NCBI GenBank assembly: GCA_030614505.1
Contig: JAUWTX010000001.1
Location: forward strand, 1 to 37,147
Direction of reading: 5' to 3'
From: Desulfuromonadales bacterium
GTDB taxonomy: Bacteria > Desulfobacterota > Desulfuromonadia > Desulfuromonadales > BM103
Length of the DNA: 37,147 nt
Positions 24,401 through 36,400 of the stretch are shown here, in pieces. Position numbers and translations under genes: made by a program. Within the stretch, counting starts at the first letter, position 1; each line of letters starts with the position of its first letter. Under the pieces are notes generated by a model. The model saw nothing but the letters and a program-made list of their open reading frames with translations, was not told the origin of the DNA and did no database searches.

Positions 24401-27400
24401 GGTGGTTCTGCCAGCAATCGTTTCGATATTGATAACATCGTTACCAGTGCCACTGGTAAGGGTTGTTACCGAAGCCCCGCCATGAGTACTCTCGATACTG
24501 AAGACGTTACAGGGGTTCGTGCTACCCAGGTTGATATTCAACTCTTCCAGGGTGCCGTAGGTAATATCGCCGTCTGCACCCATCAAGGTCAGGCCAGTGG
24601 TTCCGGCAATGCCGTTGGTGATCGTCGTTGCGGTCAGCGTACCGTAGTTGTCATAAGAGTCATCAGTATCGTCCAAAGTCACAACATCGTAGTCATTGAT
24701 GCCCTGGCCATTGATCGTTAGCGATGCATTGATCGTATTGAGATCACCGGCACCAAACCGGGTGGCGCTTTCGACTCCGGCATTACTACCTATGTTGACT
24801 ATATCGCTGCCTGCGGCCAGGTTGATTACGGTCGAGTCGTTGATCGCCTGTACCGCAATCCGATCATCACCTTCACGCGTATTGACTTCGACGAAATTCA
24901 CGCCACCGAAAGTGATTCGGGCCAAGTTGATATTGCGATCACCACTCGCCTTGATGCGGTCAAACAGACCGGAAACATCCGGGTCCAACCAATCTGGCTC
25001 ATGATGGGTATCGTATACGACAGCTTTGTCTGCAGATAGTGTCAACCAGTCGGAAGCACTGCTACCCGTAACAACCAAGCGATCATTGCTGCCAGTGGAA
25101 TCAGCAATATGCACCTGAGTCGTATCACCAAGACAAACCGTGACCAGGTAATGCTCGGGATAAGCTGTATCATTGCTGTCGTTATCCAGCCAGACGCTAC
25201 CGCTCCAACTAGTTACGTTGCGACTTTGCGTCCCTATTCGGATGACATTGTCCAAATCGTTGACAACGATCGTGTTGTTGCCTGTGTCACCGGTCAACTC
25301 GGCGCGTTCGAAAAGGTTCTTCAAGTCCTCTACGGTCGCCCCCGAGGCCCAGCGATCACCAGCATCGGTCAACTCGTTGGTCGAAGTCTTGCCAACCTCG
25401 AAGTTTTTCGTCCCGTTCTGATCAAGCAGAGTGCCGATGATCAGGGTGTTATTGAACAGGCCCATATCGTCGTTGAAACTCTCGACAAGCGTGTCAATTT
25501 CACCATCCGGACTCACATCATAGAAGGTGTCGAGACCAGTCTCGCCCGTCACCCGGTCATTGCCAACGCCGCTGTCAATCACGTCGTTGTACGGGGAACC
25601 GATGATTCTATCGTTGCCGGCTCCACCGACCAGCTTCAGGGCAAGCAGATCGCTACTCAGTGTTGAAGCGTCGATGGTGTCGTTGCCGCCCTGGCCATCA
25701 ATCGTTAAGGTATCGCCCTGGCTGCGGACGCTATTGATCACGTTGACGTTAATAGCAGCGCTACCTTCCCAATGAGCAGCAGTCTTCACTGACCCGTTGC
25801 TCAGTTCAAACTGGTCGGCAAAGCCAGTACCCTTGATCGTCACCTTGTCTGCACTGCCAGTGCCAAGATCGAGGTCGACTTCTTCCACACCGGAGCCTTT
25901 GAGAGATTCGACAGTGATCTGATCAGCACCACCTTGTGCAAACAGCAGAATATTTTCGAAATGGGTTCCTGTGATGGAACCGGAGGCAGTATCACCATCA
26001 AAAGTAGTGATCTTGATTTTCGAAGTTCCGGCCCCTGCAACAACCAACACATCATTCTGCGGCGAAGCAGTGATTTCCAAGGTATCGCCGTCAGTCTCGT
26101 CGACCTCGCCCCCATTGACCTCACTCAGTTCGAGTTGTCCGAGCAGCAGGCGGATAAGATCGTCGCCACCCTGGCCATCAATATCGTCTGTGCCGCCCCG
26201 ACCATAAATTTCATCGTTACCATCACCGCCCGTAATGATGTCATTACCTTTACCACCGTAGATCTTATCCTCATCATCACCACCGTTTATAGTAGCCGGC
26301 CCGGCGCCGTTATGGACGATGTAATCCTGGTCTGCTCCACCATCCAGAAGAATCGTGCCGGACGCGTTCTCCCCGGTAACGATGTAATCCAGGCCTTCGT
26401 TTCCATATATCTCTGCTGAACCGCTACCGTCATAAATGAATACATCATTGCCGGTACCGCCCGAGAAATAGACATCAGACGTGACACCTTCACCGACGTA
26501 GATGTGATCGTCTCCGGCTCCCCCGTTGGCATGGATGCTGGTGACTCCACGGTAGATCTTCTCACGCCCGCTGAACTTGACGCGAACGATCTCGCCGTTA
26601 TCATCACTGCCGACGTGCTCAATAATATAAATCTCACCTTCCGCGCCTTCGGCGATGCCTCGTTCGGTATTCCGCGAGCCCATGTTGAGATAAAGTGCAC
26701 CACCGGCATCCCACAATCGGGTGTCTCCGCTGGCATTACCAGCCAGATAAACGATTCTGGGCAATTCGATATAACCAAGAGTGAAGCTCATCGAGACTGA
26801 AACATCGAAGAAGAGGAACTCAAGAGTGGCCTTGGCACTGACAACGATTGGCACCCGCCCGGATCCTGCAGCAGTAACATCGAAGCCGATTGAGACACCG
26901 GCAAAGGTGAAACCAAAGGCTCGCAGTTTAGCGGAACCGCTGGCACCGACCGTGAAGTAGTACTCGGTGATTCCTTCGGGCTCGCCTGCCACCTGGCGTT
27001 CACCGAAACCAACTTCGAAATGGAAGCTGGTCTTCAGCCCAAAGCTGTCCGTACCAAGCGTAAATCCGCCATCCAGGGTGATATGGAAATGTCCCTTGTA
27101 GTTAAAAAAGCCGCTGGCACTCATTTTGGCCAGACCGAAGAAATCCAGACTGGTAGCAAACTCAACCTTCCATGAGCCGACTCCTTCGTAACCGACAGCA
27201 AGTAGGAAACTGGCGTCGAATTTAAGGACTTCAAGGAACTTGACTGAGCCGTTGAGGGCAAGGATGAAGCTGTTGCCAGGCATAGTGATTCCGACGAGAG
27301 TCCGTGCTGATGAGGAGGTGTTCAACTGCATGGTCCCGCCGGCCTTGATCTTGATGACTTCAAAGATGTTGGCTTCGACTTGAACATCAAGCAGCAGCGC

Positions 27401-30400
27401 GATTCCATCGTTGTAGATTGCCGCGCCGCCTTTGGCCGCTACGCTGAGCGGTCCGAGATGCATCGACACATCAAACTCAATCGAGAACTGCTGGGCCTGC
27501 AAGGTAATGATCACACTGCCGGAGGCTTCCGCAAAACCGAGGAAGGTCACGGAACCGTGCATCTCTAGCTTAAAGCCCTGCTTCACAGTGACTTCCGTCG
27601 TGTTATCAGCAAGAGTAAGAACTTTTGCATCCAGAGAGCCAATGTACAGCTCCAGGGTGGCACCGACGTTGAACTGCAGACCCAGATCGCCGCCAAACCC
27701 GGCGCTGATGTCAACATTAATATATGCCGCAAAACCATCAGCATCGACGCGGAGAACAGCGTTGATGTCGAATTCACCGACGCCGAGCAGCTTCATCCTG
27801 GCCAGAGCCTTGATCTCGACAGAGTCGGGGCGAATAGAAAATTCGAATCGGCCTTCTATCTCGAGTACCGGCCCGAGCACCAGTTTGCCGGCAAGCACCA
27901 GGCTCAACCCTGATTCAATGGTTACATCACCAATGACAAAGAGCCCGGTGTCAGGCTCGGTGGCCAGGATGTCCGCTTGCGGACCTGAATAGGCCGGATC
28001 GGCCTCGGCATTGGTCTGGAAGCTCTGGATGACTTTGGCTGACCCGTAGGTGTTGATCTCGAGCAGGAACTGCCCGCGTATCTCTACACCCGGAATCATG
28101 CCGCCGTCGGCAATCGCCAATTGAACACGGCCAAGGAGACCTGGCCCTTCACCGTCCAGGTTGGTGTAGAACATCAGGTCCATGCTGCCGGAGAGTGCAC
28201 CGACATAGTCAATCTTGGTGCTGACTGCACCGGAAATCCGGACAAAGGCATTACCGCTGGTATCGACACTGGCGGTAAAACCGATAAAACCAGTCAGGGT
28301 GATGGTATCGAACAGGGTAATACTGCCCTGTATGTTCGCGGAGATATAGATCGCGGGGTTGACTCCCGCCTCTGACGAGCGCGATCCGTCAAGGCCCGGG
28401 GCGCTGTCATAAATTTCAACCGTGGTCGCCGCATCGTCCGGCAACAGTGCCAGGAAGCTGTCCGGTATCTCGAAGATCTGCTCGCGCAGGGTGGTGTTGA
28501 GCGTAAGGACAACACTGCCTTTCAGTTCGAAGATGCCATCAAGGGCAGACACCTCGCCACGGTCGTCATCGGGGCTGTCCGGCGGCGAGCTGCCAAAACT
28601 CAACTCAACGTTCAGCAACATGGCGATGCCTGGGATACCGGGGCCCGAAAATCTGCCATCGATGATCAACAGACCGAGAGCGTCACCTTCGAGACCGAGG
28701 ACCGGAACCTTGACATAAGCCTTGACGAACAGCTCGAAGCGTTCCGGGGTAATGCTCAGGTAGAAACCACCGAACATTTCAACCCAGTTATCCGCATTCG
28801 GGTCGGAGGAACCATTGGCCTTGAGCTTGAGAGAGCCAACAATTTCGATGGTAAACGACGCTGCAGCCAGTTCAAAGGTCTGGGCTTCTGCACGAAGATC
28901 TAGTGTGCCGTCTGAGGAATCGTATTCGACGAAGAAGACGGAGCTGTTTTTGGTCCCACCCTTGCCATCATCAACCTTTGTGATGATCTTCCATTTCCGG
29001 CCGGTGATAATGGTTTGCACCAAGGCACCGGTAAAGTCGACCGTATCAATGATGCCCGTGTTGGGATCATCGATGTTCAGACTGTTGAGCGATGTTACCC
29101 ATGCCGCCGGTATCTCAACTTCGGCCAAAGGCGCTGTGGACAGGGAGGAACTTGACAACTCCAGATCCTCTTGAATGAGATCGCCGGGGATTCCTTCCAA
29201 AACGATCTTTTCGGTCTTGGCCGTCGAGGACATGTTGACCTGCAGAAGAGCGCTGCCCTCCGCAAAGATGCCGACGTTCTTCAGGAAGTCGAGATTTGCC
29301 TGGATCTTGGCCACACCCCAAAACTCGGGATAACCGGAGACAGTGTTGCCAGTCTTCAGAACAAAGCGTGCTGCCGCAGAACCAATATTGCCGAGTTTGA
29401 TGATCTTGATGGTTCCGGAGGCATCGAGAGTGAAACTGTCGGCACCGATTTCCAACGAAACCTTACCACGGATATCAATGATAGGCTCATCAAGGAAACC
29501 AAGGCCCTGCAGCTTGATGCCGCCGGATATCTCGATAAAGAAGACCCTCTCAACTTCTTGCGCAGGCTTGCCGCTCTCATCTTTCAGGGTTTCCAAAACC
29601 TGGAAGCTGGCACTGCTGGCGGTTCCCGGGTTTGCAGACTCATCAAGCCAGGAGCCGGCGATAAATTCGACAGTAACCGGCCCCTTGACGAAGCCACGGC
29701 TGACGTAGAAACGACAGACATCCTCGTCGGCCTCATCGACCTGGCCATCGTTATCATTATCAATACCGTCATTGCTGGAGCCGAGTTGCGTCGGAGCCAT
29801 GCCGGCTATGAGTGCCGCAGCGCCATCACCAATACCAAGACCGGCACCGGAAAGCCTGAATTCCGGATCATCCGTGTCAAGGATTGAATCGGCATCCAGC
29901 GCAACGTCACCGGCAGTGTGGAAGCGAACGTCGATGTAGGTCAGTCCACCATCGGTAAAATCTGTAAAATCAGCAACGGCGGTATTGCCAATGGTCTCCC
30001 CATCAACCTTCACGAACGTAACGCTCTCTTCAATGAGGCTTAACGTCACGTCATCCGAATAGAGACCGGTGTACCAGTAACGGAAGGTGTAAGTCTCGCC
30101 AATCCGAACCGGAGCCTGGCTGTCATCCAGTGCAAAGACAGCATCATTGGCCAACGCTACAGTGAATTCAGGATCAAAGTCGGTAACAGAGGCGACGTCC
30201 AGGTCGGCCGCTTCAGCCGGGATGGTAAACGCGACATCAATATAACCTCGATTGTTCAGCAGGTCGCTGTCAATAGTTACACCGTCACGCGGGTTGATGA
30301 TTTCAGCGGTCAGTTCCTGGATGGTGAAGCTCTCATCCTTGGCCAGGTTGCCGATGCCGGATTGGATACCAGGCAGATCAGTGTCGACCGAGAAGAAGCT

Positions 30401-33400
30401 GTCTGGGCTAAAGCTGACGGTGATCTTACCAGCGGCAAAGTCGCCTTCGAGGAAGTAGCGGAAGGTATTGCTATTGGTCAGGCGTAGCGGGGCCAAATCA
30501 GTGGACTGAGTGACCGCCACAGCAGCCGCACCGGTCAGATCGAATTCCTGATCGTCCGATGTGCCGTTGTCGACAATCGAATCTATATCCAGCACAAAAC
30601 CGCTGGTCGGCTGATAGTTGACATCAATGTAGGTGAGATTGACGGTACTCGGATCCGCAATCGTCAGGATGTCGATTGCGGTACTCAGGGAACCGTCCTG
30701 GAAGCTGAAACTTTCGGCAATCAGCGTTACCGTCAGGCTGCCGCCTGTGTAACTGCCGATGGTCCAGTAACGGAAGGTGTAGCTGCTGCCATCCTGATTA
30801 ATAAGAACAGGGGCCTGTTCATTATCCAGCTCAATACCGGTTGAATTGATGGCGAACTCGGCCTCAAGGTCATAGATCGACTCAGGATCGAGAACTGTGC
30901 CATCCGGGAAACCGAAGGTGGCATCGATAAAGCCGCGCTTGTTCTGCGACAGGATACCGATGCTGTCACCAGCCTGCGGTCCCTGGATCGCACCGGTCGG
31001 GCCTTGGACAGTGAAGCTCTGCACAAGCGTGCGGTTCTCATGACCCACTGAGTCGACGATAGCACCTTCAGTGAATTCAACATCGACCGGCCCTTTGTCA
31101 AACTGGCCATTTACGTAGACACGGTAAAAATCGCCGTCCAGGTGCATGATCGAATCGACGGTGAGTCCAGGATAAGCCTCTAGGATATCCGCATCGAAGT
31201 CAACCCATAACTTGATTTCACTTGCTTCGAGATTATTGTCGATCGTGATCGGCGACTCTCCAGGCGTGATATCGACCGAGGGTTTCACCAGGATATCAAT
31301 ATATGTCCGGTTGTTGTCATCGGTGGAACTGGTCCATGTGTCGCTACCAGGAGCATAATCATCCTGAGTGAACGACCAGGCTGCTTCAGTACCGAAAGTC
31401 AGGGTGACGTTCTGGCTGCCGTCGGAGACGAAGTCGCCGGAGACACGGAACCGGTAGCTGTTAGTTTCGCCGTCGCGGAGCGGTGCTTCGTCGCCCACCA
31501 GTTCGATACTGCCTGGGCCGCTGTAGCTCAAACCAAACTCGACTTCGAGATCCAGGATTGATTCAGGATCAATCTGATAACCGGCAGGGGCCGAGTCAAA
31601 ATCAACCGTAATGTAGCTCGGATCATCCAGAGTCAGCGTGGTGACCGTTGGCGACGCCGGCGCCGAGCTCGGTGTGAAGGACCAACTGCCCGGAGTGAAG
31701 GTCAGGTCCACGTCACCATCAGCAAACCGCCCGCTGATCCAGTAGCGGAAGGTATTGTCACTACCGTCGTTTTCGGGATCCTGAATTGGAGTCTGTCCAT
31801 TATCGAGAGCGATGCTGCCGAGACCGGGTCCACTCAGGGTGAATTCTGAGGTCAAGTCGGTGATGCTGCTGTCATCGATGATATACCCGGTTGGTGCGTC
31901 CGGGAAGGTCACATCGATATAGTTGCGGTTGTTCAGTTCACCGATATCGATATTGCTTTCATTGCCGGGGCTAACCAGACTGGCTGTCGGTCCTTCGACG
32001 ATAAAGACCCTTTTGTTTTCGTTTTCGGAATCACCGCCCACCTCACCGAAATTACCTGCACTGTCTGCCCAACTATCCGACGCGAAAACTATCTCGATCT
32101 CACCGACAGTGAATTCTGTTATATCAAGCAGGTAACGGAAGCGGGTGATTCCTTCCTGGGCCAACAGAACGGCATCCGCCAAATCGCCGTTTTCGTACTT
32201 GACCTCCGAGGCTTCCATAACAAAGTCGGCATTGAGAGCCAGGGAGATTGGAATCGGCCGGCCAGCTACTTCATCAGTATCGAGAGTGAACTCAGCTTGG
32301 GTATCAAGAATCGAATCGTAATCAAGACCGCTCCCCGGAGTCGGGGTGAAGATCACGTCGATATAATAGTCGCCGGGGGCCTCATCGACCTGAGCGTTCA
32401 GAACGTTGACATCAACGATATTGTTATTGGCTGTAAACGGAGCCGCTATAGCAGCAGTCGGCATCACCACCGAGAAGGTCTTCGTTGCGGCTGCGCTGCC
32501 GGCCTCGCTGGAATCTTGCCAACCTTCGTCGCCAGCGAAGGATAGGAATTCAACCACATAATCTCCTGGAGGCAGAGGCTCGGTAAAAAAGTAGCGAATC
32601 ATGCCGTTACCAAGAACCGTAGGGGCTTCGCTGCTCAATGGGATGACCAGTTCAGCACCATTTCTAAGGTTGAAGATCGCCTGGCCACTGGCGGCCAAAT
32701 CCATCAAGAAAGCATCATCTACATCGGCATCGATACTGCCGATAAATTTAATGTCAATATACGGTGCCACAAGGCTTGCCACAAGAACACTACCAGCGGC
32801 AGGGGTCATCCCCTGCTCCACACCATCAGCATCTTCAAAAGCGCCAATCTGGTTAAAGAGTTCTTCGCCATTTGCTGCGAAATAAGACCAGGTTTCCTTG
32901 AGGAAGATGATACTGACTCCGGTCGAGACATCACCCTGGGTCCAGAAACGGAAGGTGTTGCCGTACATATGCACTGGAACCTGGGTCATATCAAGCACAG
33001 CGCCATTACTCGACTGAAGGATAAATTCAGGTGCCAGATCAAGGATCGAAGCTGCGCTCAGGGTGCCAGTCACCGTAACATCACCCGAATCCGTATTCAG
33101 CGTCCCAGCCGTCTCAGGGAACTCAATATCGACAAAGCCGCGGCCATTGATGCTGCCAGCACCGATCAATCCACCATTATTGGGACCAGCAAGATTCGTG
33201 TATGGCTGGCCCGTACGTGGGTCCACAACCTGGAAGGAAACTTCTTCACCATAGGCATTTCGGAAGCCCATCTTGAGCTTGCCGTCGATGGTCAATAGCT
33301 GCACCTGATCAGGAATATCGGCCAGGAACAGGACGGTCGCCTCACCAGCCGCGATCTTGCTCAGATCGGCATAGAGCTTACCGCTGATGCTCAGGTTGTC

Positions 33401-36400
33401 GGCAGCGAAGTTGAGCTTGCCGATGATCAGGAACTTGCCGTCAGTGCTGAAGCGGATCACCACCTCGCCGTTGAACACCTCCTTTGAGGTATACATGGTG
33501 AAGACCTTGGCCCCGCCTGTGATCAGCATTGGCGAGGTGAAGGCGGCAAGGAAGCCGGGGATTGATGGGTTCGCCTTCATTGCCTGGTACTGGTTAACGA
33601 CCTGCTGTTTGACGGAAGCCAGCCACTCCTCGGCACTCTGTCCGGTCGGCAGGTCGAATGCCGGGCCACGCAATTCTTCAGGATTTTCAATTGATGGCAA
33701 CGACTTGAAAAATTCGACGCCAGCCGAAAAATCATTGATCGAAAGCCCGGTATTCGGCTCAAGCAGGATTCCGCCAGGTATTGATGCACTGATGAACACG
33801 CCGAGCGGCCCGAGTTCGGAAATCGCGAAGCGAATGGTAAAGCCGCCCACTCCGGAAAAGGAGAAGCCGCCTTCGACGCCAACAAAGAAGATGCGATCCT
33901 CAACCGGTGTAGTGGTATCGAAGGTGCCAATCGGGTTGCCCAAAGCATCGACTTTGAGGATACCGCCGATCAAACCGGCATTGATTTGGCCACCGAAGAG
34001 GTCACCGCGCAGGGTCACGCCGATTGAGGCGATATCGACAATCGGGAATTGGCCGGCAAACAGTTTGCCGACATCGATCACAACACCCTCAATGGTGCCG
34101 GAGAATTCAATCCCTGCCATCCCCTGGATGCCGGTGACGGATGCCGAAAGGGTCAACTTGAAGTCAGCCGGATTGTTCTGGATGTCATCCCAGGTGATGC
34201 CGAGTTCGGTGATGCGTATCGGCAGCCATGCAGGCCATTTGAAGCTACCGCCAGTGGCAGAACCAACACTGAGGAATACCCCGAAGCCAGCCTTGGTAAC
34301 AAAGGTGCCATCACCGAGGAAGGCGAAGTTGCGGCCTTCGCCGCCCAGCACCAGAGAACCGACCTTCACTTCCGCACCGATCGCGCCGAAGCTGACCAAT
34401 TCCTCGTTATCCGCCGCTCCGGTATTGATATAGATGTCAGTGCCGGTAAGGGTCAAGAACTGGCCAAGGGAAACCCGCATGGTGTCGGCTTTGAAGATGA
34501 ATCCCTTGACCTTGCCGTCTTCACCGAAATCAATGGCTACGCGTAGGGCTTCGGTATCTGACGCAAGCTCCCCGGAGGTCCGGTCGGTAATTGATGCGGA
34601 GATCGGCTTACCGGGCAGGAACTTGGCGCCACCGGTGGCAATGTACATTGTCCCAGTGAACTTGAAAGTGCTGCCAAAGGTCAATTCAAAATCAGTCACG
34701 CCGATACGGATATCGTCGAACTCGAGGATGCTACCGAGCTTAATGGCGGCCCCCGTAGAGGTGGTGCCGTAACTCAGCACTGCCTGGCCCAGCTTAAAAC
34801 CGTCTTCATAAACAACCAGGCCGGGGTTGGTTCCACTCGGGGCAATCGAACCGGCAATATCAAATTTCGGGAAGACGATGCTGGCCGTCTGCACCACCAC
34901 GATTTCCTGGCGGGCTCCGCCGTTAGCCTCGGCGTCGTAATTCGGGTCGTAATTGATGACAATGCCGGTACCGGAGACCTTGAGGAGATCCGGAACTTCA
35001 ATATTCAGGGAGGCGATGTCGATGCGGAACTTGCCCGGCACGCTGAAGGCGTCGACAATGTTGCCACCCTGGGTAACCGCCTCAAGGGCTAAACCAATAT
35101 CGACGTTGATGTCGAAGGTGCCGACAAGGCCGGTCACTTCGGCAGTGACACCGCTGTCTCCCTGGCTGCCGCCAAAATTGAGGGCAGCGCGGTTGACACC
35201 TATGGCGATTGACAGGACTAGTTGACCGCCTTCGAAGCCGACTTTAGCGAGGCTAATCGACGGGCCTTCAAGTGTGAGCGGACCGAGAGTAATGCCATTG
35301 GTTGCCGTGGCGGCATCCTGCACCTGCCCGGAGACAGTGAAGGTAGCGTAGGTACCGACATTGGCAATGGCAGCACTGCCGGTGCCCACACTCCAACTGC
35401 TGGCCACGAACTGTACGCTGATCTCGCCGTCAACAAAAGTCTGCCCCGGCTCGACGCCCGCCTTCGGCTGTATGTAAAAGCGATAGGTTGATGCCGTGAT
35501 GCGCTGGATCGAACCAATCACGAAACCGGTTGTTGCCGTCTTATCTATATTGGTCGCGCCGATACCGCTTAGCTTGATCTCATCGCCATTGAGGGTATCC
35601 GGATCAACGAAGGCTCCTGTCGGGCTGACAAAGGTGACATCAATGTAACGTTTGGCGTTGAGGCTCTGGGTGCTGATTATGCCACCGTTCATCGGGTTGG
35701 CGAGAATTGCATAAGGCGCATCAAGAACCGGCTTAACGCTCTGGTAAACAACAAAACGCTCGCTCTCGGCTGAATTGCCCTTGCCTTGGCTATCTGACCA
35801 ACTGTTGGCGAGGAAAGAGACCTGTATGTTGACCAGTGTGGTTGCCGCGTCCAGCCCGTCCGTATTCAACAGGTAGCGGAACGTCCGGTCATTGTTGGCA
35901 TCAAGCACCTTCTCACCGGCGCCATTGACACTGATGGTAACCGGGGTACCATCTGACTTCGCTGCCGAGATGCTGAATTCCTGGCCGGCATCTTCTATCG
36001 ATGCGTCGTTCAGTCCGACCCGGTTGACATCATTGAACACGACATAGAGATAGTCGAGATCATCGACCTTGACGACGGAGCCATTGGTCGGTCCAGCCAG
36101 ATCCGCCGTCGGTGCCCGCAGCGAACTGGCACTCGGTGGGATGGTGGCCCCTACTCCGAAGATTGAGTAGCCTGTAACCTGCAAACTCTCAAGTTGGAAG
36201 CCCTCCGCCCCGCCGAAGTAGAAACGAGCCGCGCCTGACAGGCCGAATGCCTCTTCTAAACCACCCTCACCGTCCGGAATGCTGATGGCAACACTGGATA
36301 GCGGAAGGTCGACTTCAACCCGACCTGTTGGGGTCTTGGTGAAGCGAACAGCGCCTTCTAAGGTGAAGATGCCCGCTGCACTGATCCTAACGGCAGAATT

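Noticed and set aside
24985-25170. His/Glu cluster (PEHYL...THHEPDW) as a metalloprotease site
   Set aside because: No HExxH spacing. No catalytic or toxin domain was recognised in the parts translated.
33387-34433. Longest plus-strand ORF (348 aa)
   Set aside because: It lies antisense to the giant CDS, has an S/P/T-rich shadow composition and no recognisable motifs.
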